From positions 2,742-66,741 of the forward strand of contig JBKKBZ010000116.1 in assembly GCA_046713235.1 (NCBI GenBank): 64,000 nucleotides of DNA, read 5' to 3'. Positions 1 to 9,172 of the stretch are shown here, piece by piece (position 1 is the first letter of the stretch; each line of letters starts with the position of its first letter). The notes beneath the pieces are model-generated. The model searched no databases. It was not told the DNA's origin and worked only from the letters and a program-made list of their open reading frames with translations. Origin of the DNA: Actinomycetota bacterium. GTDB taxonomy: Bacteria; Actinomycetota; AC-67. The translations under genes were made by a program, and so were the position numbers.

Positions 1-1304
1 TACCGGTCGATCTCGAACGGCGAGACGTACGCCCTGTATGCGTCCCACTCCGCGCGCTTGTTGCGTATGAAGTACTCGAAGACGTGGTCGCCGAGCGCCT
101 CGCGGACGAGCTCACTTTTCTCCATCGCCGCGATGGCTTCGTAGAGATCCTCGGGCATGGACTCAATGCCGGCGGCGCGCCGCTCGGCCTCGCTCATCTC
201 GTAGATGTTGGCCGATGCCGGCGGAGGCAGCTGCTCGTTGCCGGCGATCCCGCGCAGCCCGGCCGTGAGCATCACGGCGAAGGCGAGATAGGGATTGCAA
301 GCGGGGTCCGGGGAGCGAAACTCCACCCGGAGATCACGTCCCGGCGTCGAAGGGATGCGCAGGAGCGCGGAGCGGTTTTGCTTCGCCCAGCAGATGTGCA
401 CCGGCGCCTCATAGCCGGGAACCAGGCGCTTGTAGGAGTTCACCCACTGATTACAAACGGCGGCGGTCTCTCGGGCGTGTCCGAGGATGCCCGCGATGAA
501 CGCCCGGCCGATCTTCGAGATTCTGTCGGGATCCTCGCCGTCGTAGAAGGCGTTGCGCTCGCCTTCGTATAGCGCCATGTGGGTGTGCATGCCGCTTCCC
601 CAAGCTCCCTGAATGGGTTTCGGCATGAACGTCGCGTACACCCCGGCCTCTTGGGCAACTTCCTTCACGGCCAGCCGCGACGTCATGACGTTGTCGGCCA
701 TCGTGAGCGCGTCGGTGTCACGCAGCACGATCTCGTGCTGCGACGGGGCGACCTCGTGATGGACGCTTTCGACGGAGATTCCCATCGCCTCCAGGTAGAA
801 GACCGTGCGCTTGCGCAGATCGGAGGCCACGTCCAGCGGCGTCAAGTCGAAGTACCCGCCGTGGTCGAGCGGCTCGGTGCTGGAGGCGCTTGGAAAGTAG
901 AAGTACTCGAGCTCCGGCCCGACGTAGAACGTGAAGCCCATCTCGCCGGCCTTAGCGAGCGCTGCGCGGAGCACGCGGCGTGGGTCGCCCGGGAACGCAT
1001 CGCCGTCGGGCGTCAGCACGTCGCAAAACATGCGAGCCACGCCTTGTGCTTCCGGTCGCCACGGCAGGATCTGAAAGGTCGCGGGGTCGGGCTTGGCGAG
1101 CATGTCGGATTCCTGCACGCGTGCGAACCCCTCGATGGCCGACCCGTCGAAGCCCATGCCCTCGTCGAACGCCACCTCCAGCTCTGCGGGTGTAATGGCG
1201 AACGATTTCAGATACCCAAGGACGTCGGTGAACCACAGCCGGATGAATCGAATGTCTCGCTCTTCTACGGTCCTGAGCACATACTCTGTATCGCGCGCGC
1301 TCAC
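1..1304 (-). CDS. glnA: glutamine synthetase type I (GlnA2/GSI-alpha-like); last few C-terminal residues lie beyond the window start
   Basis: Own minus-strand translation; absent from the ORF track because the frame runs off the window edge. Reads VSARDTEYVLRTVEERDIRFIRLWFTDVLGYLKSFAITPAELE...FYVGPELEYFYF...HHEVAPSQHEI...GSGMHTHMALY...NSYKRLVPGYEAPV...RVEFRSPDPACNPYLAF. The GTG start at 1304-1302 overlaps the stop of the upstream gene (GTGA). Confidence 0.92.
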   Translation of the reverse strand, partial: MSARDTEYVLRTVEERDIRFIRLWFTDVLGYLKSFAITPAELEVAFDEGMGFDGSAIEGFARVQESDMLAKPDPATFQILPWRPEAQGVARMFCDVLTPDGDAFPGDPRRVLRAALAKAGEMGFTFYVGPELEYFYFPSASSTEPLDHGGYFDLTPLDVASDLRKRTVFYLEAMGISVESVHHEVAPSQHEIVLRDTDALTMADNVMTSRLAVKEVAQEAGVYATFMPKPIQGAWGSGMHTHMALYEGERNAFYDGEDPDRISKIGRAFIAGILGHARETAAVCNQWVNSYKRLVPGYEAPVHICWAKQNRSALLRIPSTPGRDLRVEFRSPDPACNPYLAFAVMLTAGLRGIAGNEQLPPPASANIYEMSEAERRAAGIESMPEDLYEAIAAMEKSELVREALGDHVFEYFIRNKRAEWDAYRAYVSPFEIDR

Positions 1305-1960
1305 GCATGCCTCCGCGGCTCAAGCTTGTATCCGACGTTGCGAATCGTTCCGATGATGGATTCGTGCTCCGCGCCCAACTTAGCCCGCAAGCGCCGGACG
1401 TGCACGTCCACCGTTCTGGTGCCTCCGAAATAGTCGTACCCCCACACCTCTTGCAGGAGCTGGCTGCGCGAGAACACTCGGCCCGGCCGCTGGGCTAGGA
1501 AGCGAAGGAGCTCGAACTCCTTGTAGGTCAGGTCGAGCGGCCGTCCTCGAAGCCGCACCTGATAGGTGTCGGGGTCGATCGACAGCTCGCCGATGCGCAC
1601 CACACCCGGCGAATCGACGAGATGACTTCCGATCAGCAAGCGAACCCGTGCAAGGGTCTCGGCGGGCGTGGCCCCCTCAACGAGGAACGCATCAATTTCC
1701 CAGTCGGGCGCGAGCGTGTCCACCGCTTCTGCGGCCACCGTCACAAGCAGCCGGAGGCGAGGCGCCTGGAATCGGAGCGAACGGCATGCTTCCCGTCCGC
1801 GCGCGATGTCCTTCACCGCATCGACGACGCAGATGTCGGGAGTCGGCCCCGAGCCCAACTGGGCGCCCAGCGCCGTGTAAGCGACGCGATGTCCGGCCGA
1901 CTCGAAGATCGCTCCGAGCTGCTCGTCGTCGCGATCCGAATGGATCAGAATGTCTGCCAC
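1301..1960 (-). CDS. OmpR/PhoB-family winged-helix response regulator with atypical receiver domain (GlnR-like orphan)
   Basis: ORF 1301..2065. C-terminal wHTH reads LTYKEFELLRFLAQRPGRVFSRSQLLQEVWGYDYFGGTRTVDVHVRRLRAKLG...IRNVGYKL. A receiver-like N-terminal domain is present. Preferred start is GTG 1960, preceded by GGAGG with a 6-nt spacer. No histidine kinase gene is adjacent. Confidence 0.8.
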   Translation of the reverse strand: MADILIHSDRDDEQLGAIFESAGHRVAYTALGAQLGSGPTPDICVVDAVKDIARGREACRSLRFQAPRLRLLVTVAAEAVDTLAPDWEIDAFLVEGATPAETLARVRLLIGSHLVDSPGVVRIGELSIDPDTYQVRLRGRPLDLTYKEFELLRFLAQRPGRVFSRSQLLQEVWGYDYFGGTRTVDVHVRRLRAKLGAEHESIIGTIRNVGYKLEPRRHA

Positions 1961-2168
1961 GTCGCGCCTCCGCGAAGGCCTCGAAAAGCGAAGAAACCCC
2001 AGGCGACCGGCTTCCTTGCCTGAGGTTCTAGACGCCGGTTGCGCTTCCCGGCGCCTGCCGAGCAAAGTAGCAGAGCCAGTCGCGTCTCACAAGGAGGATT
2101 CGCCTGCTCCCACCGACGAAGCGAGGTCGTGCCGCCCGGCGATTTTCGGCCGGGCATGAGGACTTCTT

Positions 2169-2984
2169 GTGCCGATGAACGACGGCGCGGAAGGACGCGG
2201 ACGCCATCTCTTTGTTGCCGGCGTGCTGGCGGTCGCCGCTTTGATCGGATTGCTGGCCGGCAAGGCCGCCCTCGCCGTCGTGACCGCGGGGGCAGCGATC
2301 CTCGGTGCGCGTGAGGTCTTCGACCGGCAGCGCCTTCGCGGGCTGCGCCCTGTTCCGCTTGTCGGCGTCGGTGCCATAGTTGGTCTTTTCGGGATTGCGC
2401 TGGCCACGGGAGAGGACGCACCACGTGTCTTCCCCTTCGTAGTTGCCTCGGCGACGGTCGCGTGTTTCGGAGCGATCATGTTGCGTAAGCGAATTGCCGG
2501 CGCGACCGAATCGATCGTGACGACGCTGCTGCTCGTCGTCGTGCTTGGAATGCTGGGAGCATACGTGGTCGTGGTGCGCGGTCTGCCGCTGGGTGTGCGA
2601 TTCGCGGCGGGGCTCCTGTCGATGGTGGCGGCGACCCAAGGCGGGAGTGCTGCCTATGCCGCATGGCGCCGCCGACGCGCCGGAAGTCATGCTCTGGCCC
2701 GCCCCGCGTGGGAGACGCGGGTTGCAGGTGCCGTAGGGTGCTTCGCCGTAGCTATGGTCGACGTCGTCGTTTTCGCGCCGGCCTTTGATCGCGGTAGGGC
2801 GCTGTTTCTCGCGGCAATCGTCATCATCTTCGTGCCACTCGGCGAGCTGTGGGTTTGGATGTTCCGGCAAGACCTCGCCGCCGAGGGTGAGCCGCTTCCA
2901 GAATTCCCCATCCTTGCGCGCGTTGCACCGGTGCTAACGGCCGCGGCCCCGTTCTTCTACGCGGTTCGAGCCCTGATCCGCTAG
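2169..2984 (+). CDS. polytopic membrane protein, degenerate CdsA (phosphatidate cytidylyltransferase)-like
   Basis: ORF 2169..2984 has multiple hydrophobic segments. The C-terminal half is colinear with the CdsA signature region (GSAAYAAW...RPAWETRVAG...GELWVWMFRQDLAAEGEPLPEFPILARV), but the K/D/PGHGG/DR residues are replaced. The stop overlaps the next start (TAGTG). Confidence 0.6.
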   Translation: MPMNDGAEGRGRHLFVAGVLAVAALIGLLAGKAALAVVTAGAAILGAREVFDRQRLRGLRPVPLVGVGAIVGLFGIALATGEDAPRVFPFVVASATVACFGAIMLRKRIAGATESIVTTLLLVVVLGMLGAYVVVVRGLPLGVRFAAGLLSMVAATQGGSAAYAAWRRRRAGSHALARPAWETRVAGAVGCFAVAMVDVVVFAPAFDRGRALFLAAIVIIFVPLGELWVWMFRQDLAAEGEPLPEFPILARVAPVLTAAAPFFYAVRALIR

Positions 2985-3745
2985 TGGGTCTGCTCGAGGC
3001 GCTCGTCCTTCGGCGGGTTACGCTAGCGCTCGTGCGCATGGTGCGGCGGCTCGTGGTGTTCCTGGTCCTCCTGGCCGGTCTAGGCCTCGTGGCCGGCGCG
3101 GCGCTTCAGCCGTTTGCCGAGCGCAAGATCGGCGAGACGATTCAGAAATCACTCGAGCTCGAGACACCACCGACGGTCCGCCTCGACGCCTTTCCCATCC
3201 TGGTACGTGCAGCGCAGGGCCGTGTTGCGGGCCTGACCGTTGATGGACGCAATCTCGTCGTTCAACGTCTCCGGCTCGCGCGGTATCACGTCGATGTCGT
3301 CGGTGTGGCCATCTCTTACTCCGCCCTGCTCACGGGAAATCCGCGCGCACGCGTGCAGGGTGGTGAAGCGTCGGCTCTTGTCACGCAGGAAGCCGTGAAC
3401 GCCTATCTTGCCGCGCGCAAGGAGACGGCGCGGGTGACCTTTGGAAAGGGCACGGTTCGCGTCCGAGATCGCGCGCGCTATCTCGGATCCGTTCGCAACC
3501 TCGAGGCGGTGGGACGGTTCTCGATCGATGGCCGGGATCTCGTGTTCGTCGCCGACCGCGTGACGATCGACGGCAAACCGCCCCCCGGAGCGCTGGCCGA
3601 GCGGGCAAAGCGGGACGCCGGCTTCCGCCAGCCGCTTCCGGCTCTCTTCGGGGGAATTCGCGCACGACGAATCACCGTCGAGCCGACGGGCGCCGAGCTC
3701 GTCGCCGAATTCGGTGCAACGACGATCGATCTGGGCGCCGCTTAG
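2984..3745 (+). CDS. DUF2993 (LmeA-like) membrane-anchored protein
   Basis: ORF 2984..3745. An N-terminal TM segment (VVFLVLLAGLGLVAGAAL) is followed by a repeated beta-rich pattern (VRLDAFPILVRAAQGRVAGLTVDG...) typical of DUF2993. Confidence 0.65.
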   Translation: MGLLEALVLRRVTLALVRMVRRLVVFLVLLAGLGLVAGAALQPFAERKIGETIQKSLELETPPTVRLDAFPILVRAAQGRVAGLTVDGRNLVVQRLRLARYHVDVVGVAISYSALLTGNPRARVQGGEASALVTQEAVNAYLAARKETARVTFGKGTVRVRDRARYLGSVRNLEAVGRFSIDGRDLVFVADRVTIDGKPPPGALAERAKRDAGFRQPLPALFGGIRARRITVEPTGAELVAEFGATTIDLGAA

Positions 3746-3750
3746 CGCTG

Positions 3751-5034
3751 CTAGGTGCGATAGCGTCGGAACTCGGGGACGAGGACCGCCAGAAGCATCG
3801 CGCCGGCGATACAGGCGACTCCCCCTGAGACGACGGAGGCGGTGGGCCCGAAGGCTTCGGCGACGAGTCCCGCCTCCAGATCGCCGAGCCTGGGACCGCC
3901 GGTGACAACCAAAATGTGGACGCCGGAAAGGCGCCCGCGCAAGGAGTCCGGAACGGAGGACTGGAGAATCGTCCCGCGAAACACCGCGGAGATGACGTCG
4001 GCGGCACCGGCGCCGGCGAGCAGGATCAGGGCGGCCGGCAAGTTTGAACCGACGAGTCCAAACGCGGTGATCCCCGCGCCCCAAATCGCCACCGCGATCA
4101 GCACCGCGAGACCTTGCCGGCGTATGCGTCCCACCCAACCGGCGGTGAGCGCACCGACCAGAGCCCCGGCGGCAATCGCGGAGAACAGCGCGCCGACGAC
4201 CTCCGGGCCGCGCCGGAACTGCGTCACCGCCAAGAGCGGAAACAACGCTCGCGGCATCCCGAAGATCATCGCGACGAGATCAACCGTGAAGGTCGACTGC
4301 AGCACGGGCCTGCCCTTGAGAAAACGAAATGCCTCGAGCACGGCACGGGGTCCGGAGGCAACGATGCTCGAAGCATCGCTCCGCGGTGTATGCGGGCGCA
4401 TGGCCATGGCGGCGCCGATCGTCGCGGCATACGTGAGGAGATCTACGGCGTATACCCACGCGAGTCCGGCGCGTGCGATGACGACCCCCGCGATCGCCGG
4501 CCCGACGACCATCGACGCGCTCCACATCGCCTGATTGAGCGCGATCGCCGACGGCAGCAATTCGCGCGGCACGAGGTTCGCCGTCAACGACGACCGGGTG
4601 GGCTGAGCGATTCCCGACAGGGCCGCAGACAATGCAACGGCCCCGTAGATCAGGCCGAGGGGCGGCCGGCCGGCCAGCGCGGCGAGAAGGAGCGCGGCCG
4701 ACGTCGCCGCGAGGCCTACCTGAGAGATCAGCAGTAGCTTCCGGCGGTCGGATCTGTCGACCAGCGGTCCGCCGCCGATCGTGGCAAGGATCAGCGGCAC
4801 GAGTTGCACGAGACCCACCAAGCCAACGGCTGCGGCCGACCCGGTGAGACGGAACACTTGATAGAAGACCGCGACGACCGTCATCTGATGTCCCGATGCG
4901 GATACGATCTCCCCGAACCACAGCAGGCGGTAGTCGCGCGACACGCGCAAGGGTGTGATATCGACGGCGACGAGTCGCGCGCGCTTTCGAAGGCGAGAAG
5001 CGAATCCGGGTTCGGTTGGGTCGCGCTCGTCCAC
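3751..5034 (-). CDS. MFS transporter
   Basis: ORF 3751..5034, 427 aa with about 12 hydrophobic helices. The N-terminal region LLWFGEIVSASGHQM...GGPLVDRSDRRKLL is typical of the EntS/DUF894-type MFS. Confidence 0.85.
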   Translation of the reverse strand: MDERDPTEPGFASRLRKRARLVAVDITPLRVSRDYRLLWFGEIVSASGHQMTVVAVFYQVFRLTGSAAAVGLVGLVQLVPLILATIGGGPLVDRSDRRKLLLISQVGLAATSAALLLAALAGRPPLGLIYGAVALSAALSGIAQPTRSSLTANLVPRELLPSAIALNQAMWSASMVVGPAIAGVVIARAGLAWVYAVDLLTYAATIGAAMAMRPHTPRSDASSIVASGPRAVLEAFRFLKGRPVLQSTFTVDLVAMIFGMPRALFPLLAVTQFRRGPEVVGALFSAIAAGALVGALTAGWVGRIRRQGLAVLIAVAIWGAGITAFGLVGSNLPAALILLAGAGAADVISAVFRGTILQSSVPDSLRGRLSGVHILVVTGGPRLGDLEAGLVAEAFGPTASVVSGGVACIAGAMLLAVLVPEFRRYRT

Positions 5035-5088
5035 TCCTGCTTAGCCTAGCCCCGAACGTCCCGTCAATGATTCGGTAATAGTTGGGGT

Positions 5089-5649
5089 TCAGACGGGAGA
5101 GGACGCCGGGCTGATCATCAGCTTGCCGTGGAACTCGAGGGGCTCCATCGGGTCGATGACTTCGGAGATTGCGGCGGTCGTCACGATCTTCTGAATTCCC
5201 TTGGAGAAGCGATTGCGGTAGGTGCGAGACGTGCACCCAGCCGAGACTCCGACCGGGTTGTGCGGGGCCGGCGGCATAACAAGCTCGAGGGGACCGACGC
5301 CGTCTTCAGGCGCAAGGCCGGTGAGATACTGGCAGGTCGCCCCGAAGATCAAGCGCCCGAGCGGGTCGAACCACGAGACCGAAACGTACCCTCCTGGGAT
5401 GACCGGCATGGCGACGTGGAAGTTCGCGTGGGACTCGACGAGAGATACGTACCCCGCCCGCGTGAGGGTGAACTGCCCAACGCAATCGCCGTACCAGCCT
5501 CCATCGCCGGTCGGCGTGGTCATCCCGGAGCACTCGCCCGGAACGGCTCCCGTCGCCAGAAGCTCGTGCACGGTGGCCCGGCCCGAACCGGGGACGGCCG
5601 TCCCCAGGGCAAGCGCAAGCATGAGTATGAAAAGTCTCGATCGGCCCAT
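5089..5649 (-). CDS. secreted hypothetical protein (signal peptide, 4 Cys)
   Basis: ORF 5089..5649. N-terminal signal-like MGRSRLFILMLALALGTAVPGSG. GAGGGG lies upstream of the ATG. No recognisable family. Confidence 0.6.
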   Translation of the reverse strand: MGRSRLFILMLALALGTAVPGSGRATVHELLATGAVPGECSGMTTPTGDGGWYGDCVGQFTLTRAGYVSLVESHANFHVAMPVIPGGYVSVSWFDPLGRLIFGATCQYLTGLAPEDGVGPLELVMPPAPHNPVGVSAGCTSRTYRNRFSKGIQKIVTTAAISEVIDPMEPLEFHGKLMISPASSPV

Positions 5650-5823
5650 ATGCAGATCCCCTCAAATATTGGAGGTTCGACATTGGCTCATTGATCTCCT
5701 TCCCGGCGGACACGGGGGATCCGGCACAATGCCGCCTCGCCCGGTAGCGCGAGGTCCCTACCGGGCGCCGGGGCTTTCCGGCCCTGCTGAGGACTCCCCC
5801 AAAGGGGCTCCGAACACGCACGA

Positions 5824-5846
5824 GCGCGGGGCGATTGACCCCGCGC
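5824..5846 (-). terminator. GC-rich hairpin downstream of the small membrane-protein gene
   Basis: GCGCGGGG-cgattga-CCCCGCGC, an 8-bp stem 19 nt after the stop at 5865. There is no U-tract. Confidence 0.35.
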
Positions 5847-5864
5847 GCGCCCGTGCGACTGTTT

Positions 5865-6008
5865 CTACGGGTTGGGAGCGGCTTCCTCCCAGCCCGACTC
5901 CTCACCCGCGCGGCCACGCTTCTTCTTCATGAAGAAGAACACACCACCGACGATTGCCAGCAGCGCGGCAAGCAGGCCCTTCTTCGAGCGCTTCTTCTCT
6001 TCGGCCAT
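5865..6008 (-). CDS. small (47 aa) single-pass membrane protein
   Basis: Internal ATG 6008 of ORF 5865..6188 is preceded by GGGAGGGG. Product is MAEEKKRSKKGLLAALLAIVGGVFFFMKKKRGRAGEESGWEEAAPNP, one TM helix flanked by basic residues. Confidence 0.55.
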   Translation of the reverse strand: MAEEKKRSKKGLLAALLAIVGGVFFFMKKKRGRAGEESGWEEAAPNP

Positions 6009-6039
6009 ACGGACCCCTCCCAATAGACGGGACGGGAGC

Positions 6040-6069
6040 ATCATAACGATCGCGCACGACACCCGACAA
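6040..6069 (-). promoter_or_regulatory. candidate sigma70-type promoter for the small membrane protein gene
   Basis: On the minus strand: TTGTCG (6069-6064), an 18-nt spacer, then TATGAT (6045-6040), about 30 nt upstream of ATG 6008. Confidence 0.3.
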
Positions 6070-6235
6070 TGCCCAGCCCGAAATCTGTCCGGATGGACAT
6101 GACCGTTTCGGGCTTGGAGAGTAGATATTTCGGCCCAGGAGGGGCAGGCGGGCCACCGGCTTCGCCTCTTGCTCGTCGCGGCGCTCATGGTCGGAGGGGG
6201 CGCCGATCCAGGACTGCCGGCGACTTAGGCCGACG

Positions 6236-7150
6236 TCATGGATCTTCTCGCGCCGTGCGGGTTGAGCGGATCACTCCGAAGTAGACGCCTACGAGCACGA
6301 GGATCGAGCCGACGACGAACGTGCCGGTGGTCTGCTCGTCCAGCAGCCAGGCCGCAAGCGCGATGCCAACCAGTGGCGCGAGCACGAACTCATAGGAGGC
6401 GGCGCTCGCCGACCATCTGCTGAGCACGAACAGATACAGCCCGAACACGCCCACCGTGCCGATGGTGACGAGGTAGGCCTGCGCTGCCCAGGTCGAACCT
6501 TCCTCGGGGATCTTGAAAGACTGGCCGAACAGCGGCATCAGTACGAAAAGCATCACGGTCGCCACGGCGAGGCCGATCGCATTCCTCGCCGCCGGATGCA
6601 CGGGAGGGAAGCCCTTCACAGCGATCGCGCCCTCAGCCGCACACGCCGCGGCCGCGAGGACTGCCAGCAATGATGCGACGGGCACACCTTCGTCGACGCC
6701 TCCGCGGAGGACGACCACCGTTCCCACCACGACGATCGCCGCGCCCGCAAGGCTGTCCCAGCGGAATCGCTCCTGGCCATGGGCAAGCGCAAAGATGAAC
6801 GTGAGCAATGGTCCCGTCGCCAGCAGCATGCCCGCCATCCCGGCGGGGACCTCTTGCAATCCCAAGTAGATGAATCCAAAGAAGGCGCCGAGCGAGAGTG
6901 CTCCGTACAACAGCGCGCCCACAAGTGCGCGCCCTCGCGGCATCGACGCACGAAGCACGCGCGCGACGATCGCGAAGATCACCGTGGCGATCAGGAAGCG
7001 CGACGCAGCCGCCCACAGAGGATCGATCCCCGGCTCGCGCAGTATGAGCTTGACGGCGACGACGTTACCGCCGATCCCGATCACCATGAGGAAGAACGCG
7101 CCAAGGACGGCCCGATCGGGCCGCTTGCCGGCCTCCTGCGCTTCCACCAC
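6236..7150 (-). CDS. EamA/DMT-family transporter
   Basis: ORF 6236..7150, 304 aa, about 10 TM segments in two repeated halves, typical of the EamA duplication. Confidence 0.8.
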   Translation of the reverse strand: MVEAQEAGKRPDRAVLGAFFLMVIGIGGNVVAVKLILREPGIDPLWAAASRFLIATVIFAIVARVLRASMPRGRALVGALLYGALSLGAFFGFIYLGLQEVPAGMAGMLLATGPLLTFIFALAHGQERFRWDSLAGAAIVVVGTVVVLRGGVDEGVPVASLLAVLAAAACAAEGAIAVKGFPPVHPAARNAIGLAVATVMLFVLMPLFGQSFKIPEEGSTWAAQAYLVTIGTVGVFGLYLFVLSRWSASAASYEFVLAPLVGIALAAWLLDEQTTGTFVVGSILVLVGVYFGVIRSTRTAREDP

Positions 7151-7252
7151 GTGCGACTTTATCGACAGCGCCCGATAGCATGCGTTGATGCCTCAGCGGT
7201 GTCGAAGACGCCATGCGGTCCGACCCGGCGTCAGGTTCGAACATTGTCAATC

Positions 7253-7329
<77 letters not shown>

Positions 7330-7350
7330 GCGGCCGGACAGGCTACCACT

Positions 7351-7713
7351 TCAGCCCTTTTCCGACACCGAGATCTCGATGCCGCCGACCACGTCGGCGA
7401 TGAGGTTGTAGAGAAACACGCCGCAGACGGTGATGATCGTCCAGACCACGGTCCCGAGGGCCCCGATGAGGAAGAACCACTTGAAGATCGCTCCGCCGGA
7501 GACCGTCACGGGATAATCCACGTCGGCGAACAACTGCTCGATGTCGGCGATGACCCCGAAGGCTTTCAGCATCGCGAAGATGATGGCCGAGCCGAGCAGA
7601 AAGACGAGGAGCAAGCAAAAGTAAAACAGGAGGGAGAACTTGAGGACCGACCACGGGTCGATCTTGCGGACGACGAGGCGAGCGCGGCGCCAGCCGCGAG
7701 GCGCAGCGGACAT
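7351..7713 (-). CDS. DUF3566 transmembrane protein (Rv0007 C-terminal-domain-like)
   Basis: ORF 7351..7713. The sequence RKIDPWSVLKFSLLFYFCLLLVFLLG...FLYNLIADVVGGIEISV is characteristic. It holds the conserved position next to the gyrA/tRNA-Ile region. Confidence 0.8.
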   Translation of the reverse strand: MSAAPRGWRRARLVVRKIDPWSVLKFSLLFYFCLLLVFLLGSAIIFAMLKAFGVIADIEQLFADVDYPVTVSGGAIFKWFFLIGALGTVVWTIITVCGVFLYNLIADVVGGIEISVSEKG

Positions 7714-7727
7714 CGTCTGGCCGGTCG

Positions 7728-9164
7728 CTATCCCTTGACGACCGCCAGAGGGCGCAGGCGCGCCACTCTCCTCGATAACTTCGCCCCCTCGCAGGTCTCC
7801 ACCACCGCGGACACATCCTTATACGCGGCCGGCGCCTCCTCCGCCAGCAGGCCCCATTGTGTCGCATTCACCAGCACACCGGCCGCAGCGAGGTCGGCCG
7901 CGAGCTGTCGGCCGCTGACCTGCTTCTTGGCTTGCGTGCGGCTCATCATTCGGCCGGCGCCGTGGCAGGTGGAGGAAAACGCCCGAGCGCCCTCGGCGAC
8001 ACCGGCCAGCACGTAAGAGGCCGTGCCCATCGAGCCCGGGATGAGCACCGGCTGTCCGGCCTCACGAAACGCATCTGCCAGCTCCGGGTGGCCGGGGCCG
8101 AACGCCCGCGTGGCGCCCTTGCGGTGAACGCAGAGAAGCCGCTCGCGCCCATCCACGTCGTGCCGTTCCAGCTTGGCAAGGTTATGCGAGACGTCGTACA
8201 CGAGCCGAAGGCCGAGATCCTCGGCACTCCGGCCGAAAACGGTCTCGAAGCACCGGCGAACCTCGTGTGCCAGAAGGTGCCTGTTCGCCCGGGCGAAATT
8301 CGCCGCCGCGGACATCGCCGACAGATACCGCTCACCTTCCGGCGTTCCCACCGGGGCACACGCGAGCTGCCGATCCGGGACGGTGATCTTGTATGCGGCC
8401 ATCGCCCGGTCGAACTTACGGACCTCGTCGGTGCAGACTTGGTGGCCGAGTCCTCGGGATCCGCAGTGCATCATCACCGTGATCGTCCCGGGCTCGAGGT
8501 CGAAGGCCGCAGCGGCGCGCTCGTCGAAGATTTCCTCGATCGCCTGGATCTCGAGGAAATGATTGCCGGCACCGAGCGATCCGAGCTGCGTCGCGCCGCG
8601 CTCGCGTGCCCGATCGCTTACCGCGTCGGGATCCGCTTCGAGGCGGCCCCCGTCCTCGCACCGCTCCACGTCCGAGGGCCAGCCGACACCGCGCTCGAGC
8701 AGCGCAACCACTCCGTCGGTGAGCACGTCCCGCATCTGGGCACCGTCGAGCTTCATGAGACCGTCGCGGCCCGTCCCCCGGGGTATGCGGCGCGCCAGCT
8801 CGTCGATCAGACGCTGCATCGCCGGCGCTGCTTCGGCGAGCAAGAGGTCGCTTCGCAACAGTCGCACACCGCAACAGATGTCGAATCCGACGCCCCCCGG
8901 TGTGACGACGCCGCCATTCTCGACGTCGGTCGCCGCAACCCCGCCGACGGGGAAGCCATAGCCCCAATGCACGTCGGGCATCGCGAACGAAGCGCGAACG
9001 ATGCCGGGAAGCATCGCCACGTTGGCCACCTGATCGAGGGCTCGATCCTCTTTCGCCTTTACCAATAACCCCTCGCTGGCAAAGACGTGGCCCGGCACGA
9101 CCATACCCGCCCGGGCGCCCACCGGGATCTGCCATTCGTACGGTCCGAGGCGGAGCAGGTCCAT
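7728..9164 (-). CDS. rtcB: RNA-splicing ligase RtcB (3'-phosphate/5'-hydroxyl ligase)
   Basis: ORF 7728..9203. Motifs seen: GGVGFDICCGVR, HCGSRGLGHQ, GSMGTASYVL, HGAGR. The preferred start ATG 9164 (MDLLRLGPYE) avoids overlap with the archease gene. Confidence 0.92.
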   Translation of the reverse strand: MDLLRLGPYEWQIPVGARAGMVVPGHVFASEGLLVKAKEDRALDQVANVAMLPGIVRASFAMPDVHWGYGFPVGGVAATDVENGGVVTPGGVGFDICCGVRLLRSDLLLAEAAPAMQRLIDELARRIPRGTGRDGLMKLDGAQMRDVLTDGVVALLERGVGWPSDVERCEDGGRLEADPDAVSDRARERGATQLGSLGAGNHFLEIQAIEEIFDERAAAAFDLEPGTITVMMHCGSRGLGHQVCTDEVRKFDRAMAAYKITVPDRQLACAPVGTPEGERYLSAMSAAANFARANRHLLAHEVRRCFETVFGRSAEDLGLRLVYDVSHNLAKLERHDVDGRERLLCVHRKGATRAFGPGHPELADAFREAGQPVLIPGSMGTASYVLAGVAEGARAFSSTCHGAGRMMSRTQAKKQVSGRQLAADLAAAGVLVNATQWGLLAEEAPAAYKDVSAVVETCEGAKLSRRVARLRPLAVVKG

Positions 9165-9172
9165 CGGGGCCT

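Noticed and set aside
579-1433. 284-aa plus-strand ORF and other ORFs over 1-1300
   Set aside because: It is antisense or out of frame to a clearly recognisable glutamine synthetase on the minus strand. That gene is missing from the ORF track only because it runs off the window.
3149-4138. 329-aa minus-strand ORF spanning the DUF2993/MFS junction
   Set aside because: It is a shadow frame crossing two convergent real genes, and the product is Arg-rich with no domain pattern.
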